Below, in pieces: positions 48,601-61,099 of a stretch of DNA of 64,000 nucleotides. Positions within the stretch are counted from its first letter, which is position 1. Every line of letters starts with the position of its first letter. The stretch comes from Podarcis cretensis (lineage: Eukaryota). Below the pieces are notes generated by a model. The model was given only the letters and a program-made list of their open reading frames with translations. It was not told where the DNA came from and searched no databases. Location: NCBI GenBank assembly GCA_951804945.1, contig OX638151.1:54932001-54996000 (forward strand), given 5' to 3'. A program made the translations under genes and the position numbers.

Positions 48601-51600
48601 TGTTTCTCTTTGTTTTATGTTGCCGTTTTCCTCCCACCTCTAAGAATCTAGAGCATGGCAGTCTCTACAAGGATTCTGAAGCAATATCATCAGATCCCAT
48701 CATTAAATTGTGATCACATCCCACTTGAGTTTGGTCTGGCAGTAGAAGTAGTATCATGCAAAGCCTGTTGGAGGTTCACTGCTGATTTTGGCCTTGCAGA
48801 ATGCCTTAAGCATCTATTTTCCCAGTGTTGTGGAGTGCAGTAGTAGTGCCGTATTTTTCGCCCCATAGGGCGCACCGGCCCATAGGGTGCACCTAGTTTT
48901 TTTTTTTGGGGGGGGGGAATAAAGAAAAAAAATTATTTCCCCCCCCCCCAGGGGGGCTGCGGTGGGGGAAGCCCGAGCTTCCCTCAACCCCAACCCCCAG
49001 AACAGGCTGCTATCCGCAAGTCGTGGGAGAGCTGCGTGAAGCCCGAAGCCTGGGGCGTGCTGAGCTCAGCGTGCCCTAGGCTTCTGGGTGCAGGGAGCTC
49101 TCCGCAAGTCGTGGGAGAGCTGCGTGACTTCGCACAGCTCTCCCACGGCTTGCGGATAGCTTCCTGAAGCCTGGAGAGCGAGAGGGGTCGGTGCGCACCA
49201 ACCCCTCTCGCTCTCCAGGCTTCAGCGAAAGCCTGCATTTGCCCCATAGGACGCACACACATTTCCCCTTCATTTTTGGAGGGGGAAAAGTGCGTCCTAT
49301 AGGGCGAAAAATACGGTAGATAGGGAACAAGGGCAGAACGAACAGTTTGGTGCATGTGTGCTGCAAGGGGTAGAAATGCAAAGCTATGTGCATCACAATC
49401 CTGTTCAAAGCTCCTCGTGACTTTGCTCTGTGATGAAAGCAACTGAAAATGTATCAATCGTAGTACTTATTCAGGTTAATGACTACATGCCAAGAATTTG
49501 TTTCCATAGCCAGACATACCGTATCTGAGGCAGTCGCTTGCATGAAAGATCTCTGGACAAGGCTGGTTTGTGGGATTCATGTCACTGCTGAAAGGTATCA
49601 ATTGTCAAGCTTTCAGTTCTTAAGAAGAGCCCTGCTGGATCAGACCCAAGTCCAGCATCCTGTTCCATCAGTGGCCAACCATGGGAAGCCCGCAAATACA
49701 ACCTGAATGGAATAGCAACTGGTATTCAAAGGTATATTACTTCCAACAGTAGAAGTAGAATATAGCCATTGTGCCTATTTATATAAAAGTTATCATATGT
49801 CCTCCTTGTCTTGCCTTTCCAGTGAAATAGAAACACTGGGCTGTCTTTTTCTTTTAGAAGAGGCAAGGGATGTTTGAATTCTTTAAAAAACCAATTGTGG
49901 TCAGATAGGTGTTAATCACTGTGCAATGCAAAACATTTTCAAAACTGGAGGAAGGCAACAATTTTAATTTTCTCCTATCAGGTGTTAAGCCCCTTCCCCA
50001 ATCTGTAATTATGCTCCCCATGGTCTTAAATTCTACAGAGCAGTTGTCCATTCGCTGCCTCTTAATGTTACCCTGAGATCTGCAGCCTAAGAGGGCCACT
50101 TCACTCAGAAGATACAGGACTACTGGGCAAACAATGTGTAGTTTCTTCAGAGACATTTGACAGAAGAACAAAGTACCATCTACCCTAATCTAAACTGATC
50201 ACGGGGTCAACATCTGCAGGGCATGACCCCCCCTCCAAAAAAAATCCTGATTGAATTATGGAACAACTTGTTATACAGTGGTGCCTCTCAAGACGAAAAG
50301 AAACCGTTCCGCGAGTCTCTTCGTCTAGCGGTTTTTTCGTCTTGCGAAGCAAGCCCATTGACGGCTTAGCGGATTAGCGCTATTAGCGGTTTAGCAGCTT
50401 TTAGCAGCTTAGCGGATAAGCGGCTTAGAAAAAGGGGGGGGAAGGGGAAAAAACCCGCAGGAACTTGCAAGACATTTTCGTCTTGCGAAGCAAGCCCATA
50501 GGAAATTCGTTTTGCGAAGCACCTCCAAAATGGAAAACTCTTTCGTCTAGCGAGTTTTCCGTCTTGCGAGGCATTCGTCTTGCGGGGTACCACTGTAGTT
50601 CTTTTTCAGGCAGGCTAACTTAGTGATAAATCCAATGGCGACACACGCACACACAAATAAAATGGCTCACCCGTTCAGAACTTTATAAAGCTCCAAAAGA
50701 TTTTCAGCTCGAGGAAACTGGAACTCCTGTTTAAAAGAAAGAATTTTTTTAAGCTTTTTGGTGACATGGAAAGAGCTGGAGGTTCACAAAGTAACAATGG
50801 ATTGCAGTGCATAGGACATCAACTACTCTAGTGCAACATGTCTGTTCTTGAAGCTTCCTATACCATTGTTTGTCTTCTAAGGCCCTGACCCCTCCAACAT
50901 CATTATCCTCATAAAGATACAGGATTACTGCACATTTACTGAACAACTGAAACTAGAGGTTCACTGTGGGTCAGTCAGTTGGAGGTACCTGCGTCTCATC
51001 AGTAATCAGCTACTTTGAAATGTTCTGTATGCTATTTCATGTAACTGGGATGCGCACAGGTAGAAATCTTAGCAGCAGCCATACCAGGATTGTAACATGC
51101 AACATGCCCTTAGGAATAGAACATCAAAGCCGTAACCTGAGACTAGAAACTGCTGTCCTATCACCTTCTCATTCACACACTGACTCAAAAGGCAAGGTTT
51201 CCACTTGTTTGGCCATACAATTTCAGCACATCCTCCCACCTCCAATCATTAAGTTTATCATGTTGTTCCCAAGGCATCCAAGTATACAAGCTTGGGAATG
51301 CCAACCACATCAAAGAAAACCTGTCAAGTCCCATAATGCACCCTTCCCCTAAAGCCCTGCTGAATGTGACAATTACAACCACAGTCAGGAATTTAACCAT
51401 AATAATAATAGTAATAATAATAATAATTTATTTCCTGCCTATCTGGCTGGGTTTCCCCAGCCACTCTGGGCGGCTCCCAACAGAATATTAAAAACACAAT
51501 AAAACATCAAACATTAAAAACTTCCCTAAACAGGGCTGCCTGCAGATGTCTTCTAAAAGTCAAATAGTTGTTTATTTCCTTAACATTTGATGGGAGGGCG

Positions 51601-54600
51601 TTCCACAGGGTGAGCGCCACCACTGAAAAGGCCCTCTGCCTGGTTCCTTGTAACCTCACTTCTCACAGTGAGGGAACTGCCAGAAGGCCCTCGGCTCTGG
51701 ACCTCAGTGTCCGGGCAGAATGACAGGGGTGGAGACGCTCCTTCAGGTATACAGAACCTAGGCCGTTTAGGGCTTTAAAGGTCAGCACCAACACTTTGAA
51801 TTGTCCTGTCTGCAGTGCACATTTTGCCTTCATGTGGGAAAAACACTGGTGTTACAAGAGACAAGAGTCACAATCCCAACAACAGGATGGAACTAAGAAC
51901 CCTCAAATACCACTAATGCAGATCGCTGCTCCACTTCTGGGAAGAAATAGTGGACGACAGACAGAAGTTGTCACTGCTCTTTGGGAAGGAGACAAAATTG
52001 GAGTTTCCTTGCTCATTTTCTGAACAAATGGAACTGCCAGGCTTTAAATTATTCTACGCTAGTCTTGTCTACTCTGACCGGCAGTGGCCCACCAATGTTT
52101 TAAGCAAAAGGCATCTTTTAGCTGTAGCCAAGATCCTTTGCTGTGGACTGAACCTGGGACATTCGGCATACAAACTAGGTGCTTATTTGCTGAGCCATGG
52201 ACCCTTGCATTGACACAATGAGAGAGGGGCAAGAGGAGAGGCAATCCTGAGCATCAGCAGCCTATGAGAGTTACCTTCCAGGTGGCCTTTGCTATGTTCT
52301 TTGTGTCCATGACAACAGGAAACAGGGCGTGTATGTTCTTTTTAAATTCATCGTAGTTTTCTTTAAAAGAGAGAGAGAGAGAAGATGGCGATGTTTGCTT
52401 GTTAATGAACAACTAAGCTGCTGACAATAGCTTGACCAATAACCAGAAATAGATCAGTTCCTAAAGCAAAGGTAAGGATCAGGAGCAAGGATCCTACTGG
52501 GGGAAGGATACAAAAGTCTCTTTGTGATTGAAGCTGGAAGTGACATTACCAGGGAGGGGCTTGTAAAAATTCTCATGCAGATGCAGAAGATCCATCAGCA
52601 TATTGTGTCCCACCAGTGGCTGCAGAGAGAAAGGTAAGATTGTCAAAAACACAGATCGCTGAACAGTGGTTAATATGAATATGTTTTATACTAGGCCCTT
52701 TAAGAAAGGAAATGCAATTTACAAAATAAAGGCCTAGCGATGATCAGTTTACTGAGCTTATCACAGATCACCAGCTGAATTTCAATGGCTCTGATCATTC
52801 CATATATAAAAATTCAACCATCACTAGGCCAGTACAATTTTAATTGATATCACCTGTATAAGTATAACTTTATATATACATATTCTGTTAAGCTTTTCAA
52901 AAGTTATTTTGAATTTTCTACCACTGTGCCTTTACAAATGACTTGCTATTCTTTTATTTAAAAAAAAACCCTAAAGAAAGTGGGATCTACCTTCTTTGCT
53001 TTAACTAGTGTCTGGAAAAGGTTGGTGAAACCCCTTGCAGAGAACAGAATTTGCTCTCTCTGACAAGAATCGTAAGAAGTATTTTCCAGCTGCCAGCGAT
53101 GCTGCGGACTTATCTTCTTCACCATCACCTGAAGCAAGACAGGACAGAACCTGTATGTTGGCAAGTGTGCGCTTTGTGCACCACCTATGGATCAGCCCAC
53201 ATGCATAAACTGCTGAGATTTCATCACACCACCCTGGCCTCGGACTGCCAATTATAACTGTTGCATAAATGTACTTTGGTCCAGGAATGGCCATAGCAGT
53301 CAGACCAGCCACAGTTGGTCAACTGAGGCTTCCTGTGCCTCCAGTGACAAAGCTGGATCAAGAAGACCCCAAAACCACAAACTTGCTGCTTCAGATGAAG
53401 TGCAAACCCATCCCAAAGCAGGCAACTAACCAATTTCTCATACACAGGTACGACTCACTCAGAGTGCCTCTGTCTTGCCAGGATTCAAGCTTAGCTTGTT
53501 ATTCTTTATCTATTTCACCACTGCATCCAGGCAATGGCCCAGGGATCGCACAGCCCCTCTTGATTCAGATGTTATGGAGAAATTGAACTGAGTGTCATCA
53601 GTAGACTGGATATAAATAGCACTGGATATAAAATACTCCCTATGGCACCCCATAGCATAGTCGTCAGGGGGGTGAAAGGCACTCTTCCCAAGGCTGCTCT
53701 CTGGACTCGGTCCTGAAGGTAGGATTGGAACCACTGTCGCTAGGGCTGAACCCAGATTGGAATGAGTCCAATTAATGAACAGATGTACCATAAATGGCTA
53801 ACAGGGAGGGAGCCTAGTAAAGTATAACAGAGCCAATTTAGTGTTCTGCCTCCAGTGACCTAAAGACCTTTATTTAGAAAGATCTAACCTCAGGAAAAAT
53901 ACTAGCCAAATTGTTTTTATACACTCCTGCCAAAAGTTTAGAAGAATTCTCAAAGATCTATATATGGAAACCTGCACAATGGTAAAGACAAGATGTCCGT
54001 ATTCCTAGGACTTGGATGCCATGAATGCACCAGTTCCATTTTAAACACGACAATATGAAACTTACTTTTTGACCTCCTAAAGGAATCGTCCAAATATCTT
54101 GAATAGCTCGTCTTAGAATCAGCTGTATTTCAAACACCTGGAAGCCTATAAGAAGCAAAAACATGAACAGCATGATATAGCTTCATTGTACTTCACTAAC
54201 ACTCAGATGGCTGAATTAGAAAAATGGTACAGCATTTTAAGATTGCATTTAAGAAGCAGTTCCCTGCACTGATTTCACTACTGTCCAAGTCTATATCCAA
54301 TTAAGGTGTTACAAGCAGCAAGACACGCTCACACACAGGATCAGGCATTCAGACGGCTTTTATCTCTCAATTCACCACTGTACTATTTTAAAATGCAGTT
54401 TGCAGGAAGAGGATGAATTGTGAGATTCCACTCTCAACACATATGTTTTAAACCCTCCCTACCTGTTGAAAGATAGCTTTCCAGAGAGCAGTGTTCTAAT
54501 CCTGCTTAAACTTCCATCTCAAGGCTAGTTTTCTATGGCAAGCAAGGAAGGTTTTGGGTGTTCTCTAATGTATGCAGTCACATCACCTGCATTTTGCAGT

Positions 54601-57600
54601 GGTTATCCTAGAATCCCATGTTTTTCTGGAACATGTTGAGAGTAGTATACTGTATATCATTTTCAGGAGAGTTGTGGGCATGGAGGAAAAGGATACTGCC
54701 CCTGCAAGGGACACTATCAAGTCCAATTTATTTTCATATCCATTTTCTGTTAAGTGTAGTATTCTCTCTCTCTCTTTCTCTCTCTCTCTCTTTATTGAAG
54801 CTGCATCAGTGAAGGTGCCAGGTCTTGCAATAGTGCTTCCCCACCACCCCAGAATTAAAAAAATGGTACATAGCCTTATGTTCAGACTCACAAATAACAG
54901 GTACAGTGATAACAAAACAAAGGTTCTATTTCTCCAATGGGTGAGAGGGAAAGATACAAAAATTCAAGGTGTGGGGCAAGGAGCAAGTAACAAATTCAGT
55001 CAAGGGCTGTGGGACACGAAATCAAAAGTGCCTAAGCTTAGGCCCCCTACCATATATATCGCGTAGAACCATAGAATCTTTCGCTTCTGCTGATGACACC
55101 CAGCAAGTTACTTCATCAATCACTTTTTTCAGCTTGTCCTTTTCAAAGGTACTGGAGATAGAAGAGCAAGGCAGCTGTTTGAAACTTGTGAGCCAGTTTG
55201 AACCTGGACTTACCAGAACGCTCCACAGACTCTCACAGAAAGATCAGTTTTACCTGTGGACCATCAAGCTCCCGGGCAAAAGTTGTTGCTGAAGTTTCTT
55301 CTCTTGTGCTTCATTCATGTATGGGATTCCATCTTTAAGAAACTTGGGGGTGGGGAGAGAAGGGAGGATAAAAGTTACACCTCAGAAAGTTTCTGTGTTA
55401 AAGGAATATGGGTGCCAGAACTATCCCTTCTGTTCATTTGACTACACCAATCCTGTAAGTGGCTGTACTCCAGTATTAATTTAAAAATTCAAGTGCTTTA
55501 AAATTCTCAAGTGCAAGAAAGCCCCAGCTTCCAGATGGAACGACCCCTCCCTCCTACCACACATGCTGTTCTGGGGAGGTCATCCAACCCACCCACTCAG
55601 GAGGCATGGGAGGTGCATGTGGAGAGAAGAGGGAAAGCCTGCTGTGCAAGTAGAAGACGTAACAGTACTTAAATGGCAAAACAAGTCCAAAAATCCACAT
55701 TTTGTTTGCCTAGTCTATTTGTAACAGAAAACATACCTTGTTGTAGTCAAAACCATAGTGAGACAAGAACTGAATGCTAGATGTTTGGAAACAGACCTCA
55801 GAATCCATTTGGCCAAATGTCATGGGAAGGAGAAAAAAGTTATAGGAATGAGCCACGTACCTGCAAAGAAAGCAGAATGACTAACAAGATTTCTGCTGGG
55901 AAAGGGCTGAAAGGCAGCATTTTTATCCCGTGATCACCAGCTAAATATAACCATTGACAAGAAAACACTATACGTACTTGTTGGATTTTTCATTGGAAAA
56001 TATTGACAAACCTGAAAGAAAAATGTAAAATGTTATCACGCGAAACAGGCACCTGCACACAGTGACATTTCGATGACAAATGTGTGTTCTTCTCTATTCC
56101 TTGGCTAAAGCTATGATAGAACCATTTGCCTATTAGTAAGGATACCACCCATCTAGTCATTTACTGAAAATGACAATAGCAACCTTTCAGGTGGAAAGCT
56201 AAGTTCGCCTTAATTTTAGCACCAAATACTGGCGGACATTGCAAGGAAGCTTAGGTGTTTGTAGAGAGGCTATTTATGAGGGACTTATAGCTATATTGTT
56301 CATAGATGTATTACACTCCCCCATACTGCCCCAAGAATCATATTTGCACAGCAGATATCCAATAATTCCATCTTGACTACTTCCTAGAAGAGCCACAACC
56401 CCCCAAAATACCTAGAGAAAGAGACACATCTGTTCTGGTAACTCTGAACAAATAATGCAGGAAACAGAGTATTCCTCTAAAACAGAGTTGGGGAACCTTT
56501 TCTGGCCAAGAGGCCACATCATTATCTCTTCACCCCTTGGTGGGCCAAACTTGGCAGAGCTTTCTGCCTGTCAGTCGAATGACTTCATGGTAACATTAAC
56601 TGCGTGGACAGGCGGAGTCCCCAGATCCCGAGTGGTCCCCCCCGTCATGTGGAATAACGACTCTAGACAACGTGCTATGGGATTAAATTGGCCACAACTT
56701 TATTAAATTTCAAGTGTGGGTAGACCTTGGCTCAGGCATTGGGCGTTCTCCCTCCCCAGTCCCCAGCTGGGGACTTAGGGAGCTTCAGGGTTATCCAGTG
56801 TGTGGGGGGGGGATGGGCCGGCTCTGGAGAACATATGTTCAAGCAGAGATAGCCGCCCCCGTTACGCTGCCGCAGGGGAGAGCAATGATGACCTTTCGGC
56901 GTACGGCCAAAGCCTCCCTTCAAAAACCCCTTTAACGGGGAACCCTGGTATCGCCGCCGCAAAGAGGAAGATGGACTAAAGGATTCCGCCCAAGGCCTGA
57001 TACCGCCAAAGTTGTGACGTTTTGCTACGGGAAAGGCGAAACCTGCCAATGCAGGGAAATTCCTTTCCGGCCCTTTAACAGCGACCTTATCGTAGCAGTG
57101 CCCGCATACCTGTGGAGAAAGGTTAACCTGCAAAAACCTATGAAGAAAAGTTAACCTGCAAAAGAAGACATTAACTGAGGGTGGGTATGGTGGGAGAAGC
57201 TCTGGAGCCAAGTGAGGATTACCAGGTAAGATCCACCCTCTATTGTGTGGGCAGGTAATCCCTCCCCCTACCTGGCCTGGTTTCCCTGGCAACGCTTCCC
57301 CCAGGTGGGATTGGACAACTCACTGGGGTAGGCGGGGACCTCCAGGTATCCCACCTGAGGGAAGGCAAAGCCTATGCTGATGGGGCCACTCCAGATCCAG
57401 GGCTGCACGCGTCCACACAAAGGGCGCCCCCCGTTTTAAGTGGGGAGCGGTCATTGATGCTGTGTTTTGCAGCCCCAATTATCATGACTTCAAAGCGCAG
57501 TGCTGGTCTGTTTAAAATCCCTTTGGAAACAGTTTCATGCCTTGCTCAAAGAGGGAAAAGAGGTAATCTGGACTTAAGTCCCTTTCAATCTCCCACTGGA

Positions 57601-59777
57601 ACCCAAAACAAGGCAACCACAAGCATTCCCACCCAGATCCTTAATGTCCCTCAGTCTCTCACTCATACTGCATGTATAGGATTTACATTTGAGTTTTAGC
57701 AACTCAAAAAGAACTCACCAAGCTGACTCACTGTAAATTGCTGGACACTCTGTCTGGCTTTTTGATAGCGCTCAGCAGGTGAATCAAAGAGGCTGGGAGG
57801 GGAGGAAGAAAATCATAAAATACTTCCATGTTGTGTATGCACCTTTATAGTACTCCTGTACACATCACCTGAAAATTTGTATGGTTAGACAAACTTACCT
57901 GTGCTGATTACTGGGTGGAAAGGTAGAATGCAAACCTGTGAACTCCATGTCAAGGCCTGCAAAATGCAAAGAACAAATTGAACATAGCAAAGGGCACCAA
58001 ACTAAACTATTTGCCTTCCCCACTACTCCTAAATAGACTGTGAGCATTTTTTGTAATTTTATATTCTGCCGGTTCCATCAATGCTCTCAAGTACTTTGCA
58101 TGAGACACCAGTCCACTATGTTTGGTTGATTTTAAGAAGTTTCATCAGAACTGTAACTATTATAACAATAAAACTTTTGGAATTTAGTTTTACCTTGATT
58201 GTTAGTCCTGGCACAACACTAATGACCAGCTGCAAATACTCACTTTTCCTGACCCAGTTTTGTCACTGGAGGTCCAGGTAGCCAGGAGCACCTTTTTTCA
58301 GCTTTGGCTGGTACAAAACCTCTTGCCGGTCCTGGAATCAGATACCTGAACTATTGTGGACAAGCTACTGATCCTTTCAAGACTGGTTTACTGCAATGCA
58401 CTTTCTGTGGGGCTTCCCTTGTGCTTGCTTCAGAAACTACAGTGAATGCAAAATTCTACATTGTGACTGCCAACAAGAGTGAGATTTTATCAATATATTA
58501 TAGCTCTCCTCAAAGCTCTACACTGGCTGCTGATTTGTTACATGGTCCAAGGCGTTATTAATATATAAAGCCCTCAGCAGCTTGAGAACTGTTGAAGGAT
58601 CACCTTACTCCAACCTCTTCAACCTGCAGAACTGGGACTTTTAAAACACCACATAATACCTCTTTTAAATAGGGATCACTCTTTTAAAGTAGTCAAACCT
58701 ACACTCTACATTCCCTGCCCTTTTATTTATGTAGGTGCCATTTTTGTACTGTTTGTGATGCCTACTAAAAACATTTTGTTTATTAAGTCCTATCCAGACA
58801 TGCAATTTTATTGTGTATTTGTGTGGTTTTATTATGTATATTTGTTTTTTAACTGTTGATTTACTCATATTTTGATAAATTTCAGTACATCTACTTGTTT
58901 TTTAAGTTTGATTTTATTAGGTATTCTGTTTTGCTTCATGTATACCGTTTTGAGACCTTTTTGATTAAGCCATACATAAATATTGGTGTGTGTTTGTTTT
59001 GTTATTTAGACCAGAGCAGGGAGGGAGTGGTGCTCTGGTTCGCCAGAAGCGGCTTAGTCATGCTGGCCACATGACCTGGAAGCTGCCAGTAAAGCGAGAT
59101 GAGCGCCATAACCCCAGAGTCGGCCATGACTGGACCTAATGGTCAGGGGTCCCTTTACCTTTACCTTTAGGGAGGAAAACGGCACCTCCTCAGCTCCTCA
59201 ATACTAAGAAAAATAAAAGATTTTACACTCCGAACAAGATGACCCCATGCAGCTGAAAGAAATGACTGATGAAGTGCCAGGGCGCCTCCGAAGTTGCGAG
59301 GTGGTACCTCAGGTTAAGTACTTAATTCGTTCCGGAGGTCCGTACTTAACCTGAAGCTGTTCTTAACCTGAAGCACCACTTTAGCTAATGGGGCCTCCTG
59401 CTGCTGCCGCACCACCAGAGCCTGATTTCTGTTCTTATCCTGAAGCAAAGTTCTTAACCTGAAGCACTATTTCTGGCTTAGTGGAGTGTGTAACCTGAAG
59501 CGTATGTAACCTGAGGTACCACTGTATTTGTTTTTAAAGCCACCTATCCTCTCAACTCTCCTTCAGTAGCAGTTGAGAGCTCACCCCAGCCACTCCTGCT
59601 ACTCTGAAGCAGATCTGCAAACACTAACCTTGGTTTCCCCTTCCCTAATGAATTCTGGGGACTTAACATGGCACAAGCCGTGTGCATTCTGCTAAGGGAT
59701 CCACTGGCTCTCCCTCCAGAACTAAAATTCCCAGTATGCTTGCAACGATTGCCGTTATATTAGTTTAAAAATACTAA

Positions 59778-59813
<36 letters not shown>

Positions 59814-60351
59814 AAATCAAGCAGGAACCTTCAAGGCCTCCTAAAACACTCTTGTTTAGACAAGCCTACCAGGATGCTTAGAAAGTTGAGGTAATGTTTT
59901 AATATTTTAAAGCACGGTCATGATTTTATTGTGTGTGTTTTTGTAAACTGCTTCCTTTAATATGAAACAGTGTATAAATCTTATGAAATAAATAAAACAA
60001 AATTGTGGCAAAAAATATATATATTAGTTTAAAAATACTAATCCTGGAGACGGTGAGCGGGTTCCCACTGAGTTCAGTGGGGTTTGCTTCCATGCAAGCA
60101 CGTCGAGGCTTGGACTGGGGCAGATCTGCCCAGGGGACCCTTCCCTTCTCCTCCTCCCCGTTACCGCAGCTCGATCAACTAAGCCCAAGACCAGCCGAGG
60201 GCCATCAGGAGATGCCCACCCCCACCCCCCGCCTTCGCAGGGATAGCTTCCCGCCACCCCCCGCATCTCCCTCACCAACAAAGTCGCAGCCGAGGATGAG
60301 CTCCTGCAGCTTCGGCAACTTCTCTTCAAACACCCCGGCTCCCACATCCAT
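40435..60351 (-). CDS. PNLDC1: PARN-like ribonuclease domain-containing 1 (piRNA 3' trimmer), 19 coding exons, 1599 nt, 532 aa
   Basis: All introns are GT-AG and the phases join into one ORF: MDVGAGVFEEKLPKLQELILGCDFVGLDMEFTGL...PLVGHNMLMDL...PHEAAYDAFLCG...ICGVVTTWSLLAFFLGGSANYAS*. DEDDh catalytic residues and the C-terminal TM anchor are present. Matches my recollection of human PNLDC1. Confidence 0.96.
41001..41099 (-). CDS. PNLDC1: PNLDC1 exon 18
   Basis: NVRMVLREYKNHPNVQISPYHHWRHSPQVNFFLQ. Confidence 0.93.
42240..43100 (+). mobile_element. L1/Tx1-like LINE ORF2 3' fragment in PNLDC1 intron 17
   Basis: MIQWARDIGHNIEMAAWDKLW, KMMxRWYLSP and a CWKCKEKEG zinc-knuckle remnant. Confidence 0.7.
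43385..43560 (-). CDS. PNLDC1: PNLDC1 exon 17
   Basis: NFSGMDDPIKLPPLLIINVRGWPGVDEEQIYREFKIFCRFDVRRLKRNQFLLLSNNFK. Confidence 0.94.
45459..45558 (-). CDS. PNLDC1: PNLDC1 exon 16
   Basis: DSTRTAPSFSQYLDVLAACVNQVNIIRAGVRKI. Confidence 0.93.
45910..46045. mobile_element. hAT-like hairpin MITE (same family as 29372-29508)
   Basis: TIR CAGGCTTCCTCAACCTCGGCCCTCC; TSD CCTTAGAA. Confidence 0.85.
46260..46772 (+). mobile_element. Tc1-like transposon 5' fragment
   Basis: TA-CAGT start and a decayed transposase N-terminus (MRRRK…SVRKIIQKWETF). Confidence 0.55.
46784..46826 (-). CDS. PNLDC1: PNLDC1 exon 15
   Basis: VLLKIAHLLLDRISC. Confidence 0.92.
47182..47396. mobile_element. Tigger-like MITE
   Basis: Same family as 4578-4803; TA TSD. 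Confidence 0.85.
48455..48508 (-). CDS. PNLDC1: PNLDC1 exon 14
   Basis: ATKESPHEAAYDAFLCGS (catalytic H and D). Confidence 0.95.
48849..49316. mobile_element. pogo/Tigger-type MITE
   Basis: TIR CCGTATTTTTCGCCC…GGGCGAAAAATACGG. Confidence 0.8.
49520..49587 (-). CDS. PNLDC1: PNLDC1 exon 13 (NAGNAG acceptor; alternative start 49584)
   Basis: (S)DMNPTNQPCPEIFHASDCLRY. Confidence 0.9.
50276..50595. mobile_element. Tigger-like MITE
   Basis: CAGTGGTGCC…GGTACCACTG; TA TSD. Confidence 0.8.
50671..50726 (-). CDS. PNLDC1: PNLDC1 exon 12
   Basis: EFQFPRAENLLELYKVLNG. Confidence 0.92.
51400..51805 (-). mobile_element. L2 LINE 3' end
   Basis: Homologous to 4490-5420; (ATT)n tail. Confidence 0.8.
52275..52360 (-). 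CDS. PNLDC1: PNLDC1 exon 11
   Basis: ENYDEFKKNIHALFPVVMDTKNIAKATWK. Confidence 0.94.
52550..52619 (-). CDS. PNLDC1: PNLDC1 exon 10
   Basis: PLVGHNMLMDLLHLHENFYKPLP. Confidence 0.95.
52991..53128 (-). CDS. PNLDC1: PNLDC1 exon 9
   Basis: VMVKKISPQHRWQLENTSYDSCQREQILFSARGFTNLFQTLVKAKK. Confidence 0.94.
54066..54145 (-). CDS. PNLDC1: PNLDC1 exon 8
   Basis: FQVFEIQLILRRAIQDIWTIPLGGQK. Confidence 0.93.
55051..55151 (-). CDS. PNLDC1: PNLDC1 exon 7
   Basis: TFEKDKLKKVIDEVTCWVSSAEAKDSMVLRDIYG. Confidence 0.92.
55254..55342 (-). CDS. PNLDC1: PNLDC1 exon 6
   Basis: FLKDGIPYMNEAQEKKLQQQLLPGSLMVHS. Confidence 0.92.
55737..55860 (-). CDS. PNLDC1: PNLDC1 exon 5
   Basis: YVAHSYNFFLLPMTFGQMDSEVCFQTSSIQFLSHYGFDYNK. 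Confidence 0.94.
55978..56011 (-). CDS. PNLDC1: PNLDC1 exon 4
   Basis: LSIFSNEKSNK; 34 nt, phases fit. Confidence 0.88.
57719..57792 (-). CDS. PNLDC1: PNLDC1 exon 3
   Basis: LFDSPAERYQKARQSVQQFTVSQLG. Confidence 0.93.
57899..57956 (-). CDS. PNLDC1: PNLDC1 exon 2
   Basis: GLDMEFTGLHSTFPPSNQHS (catalytic D and E); AG/GTAAG. Confidence 0.93.
59040..59168 (+). mobile_element. Sauria SINE 3' part
   Basis: …GACCTAATGGTCAGGGGTCCCTTTACCTTTACCTTT. Confidence 0.75.
59301..59524. mobile_element. Tigger-like MITE
   Basis: Same family as 4578-4803. Confidence 0.8.
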
Positions 60352-60540
60352 CCTGCTTCCAGACACACGTGCGGATCGAGACTATTCCCGCCCCACAAGA
60401 AGAGCCGGGAGGAAGCCACGCCCATCGCCTTGAAACAACGAGGAGCGACGCGAATTGCCGACGCTAATTGGATGCGAGTCTTGGTTTTGCCTCCCTTGAG
60501 CTTTTAAAGGCGGTCGACTCATGGGCTGCCCCCTCCCCAG
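60090..60540 (-). promoter_or_regulatory. CpG-rich promoter and first-exon region of PNLDC1
   Basis: Locally GC- and CpG-dense island around the ATG; CCAAT on the minus strand at about 60466-60470. Confidence 0.6.
60276..60351 (-). CDS. PNLDC1: PNLDC1 coding exon 1
   Basis: ATG at 60351; MDVGAGVFEEKLPKLQELILGCDFV-G; donor GTGAG. Confidence 0.92.
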
Positions 60541-60650
60541 ATCCACAGAAACTATGACCCTAGCAGGTGCCTCCCCGCCCCCCGAAGGCTTGCTCCTCGC
60601 ATTGGGGGTGTTTTTACCCATGATTTTCCCCCAAAGGCTCAACAACTTTA

Positions 60651-60702
<52 letters not shown>

Positions 60703-61099
60703 CCAGCCACTCTGGGCGGCTTACAGCACATATAAAAGCATAGTAAAACGTCAAACATTAAAAACTTCCCTAAACGGCTGCCTTCAGATATCTTCTAAAA
60801 GTTGAGTAGTTCTTTATCTCCTCAACACCTGATAATCTTAGGCTAAGATAATTACCAGTATGCCTATTTCATTGTTTTCCAACATTTGGTATCAAATATT
60901 TCCATGCAGTAGGGCTATATAGGCAAAACATGCTGGTGTTGTGACTATTTTGTTTTTTATAATTGTCCATGCAACAATTTACTTCACAATAGCAGACGCC
61001 ATCTGCAGTGAGAAAATTAGCTATGTTATATTTTAAACAGGCACCCACAGGAAATAATAACAGCCTTCCTCAGCCTGATGCCCGCCTGCTATTTTTTTT

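Noticed and set aside
40435-60351. Functional link between the piRNA trimmer PNLDC1 and the TE density or the receptor array
   Set aside because: The adjacency reflects old synteny and the TE load looks ordinary for a squamate; nothing in the sequence supports coupling.
60005-60433. Pro- and Arg-rich ORFs at the CpG island
   Set aside because: GC-rich artefacts; the real coding sequence is the 76-nt PNLDC1 exon 1.
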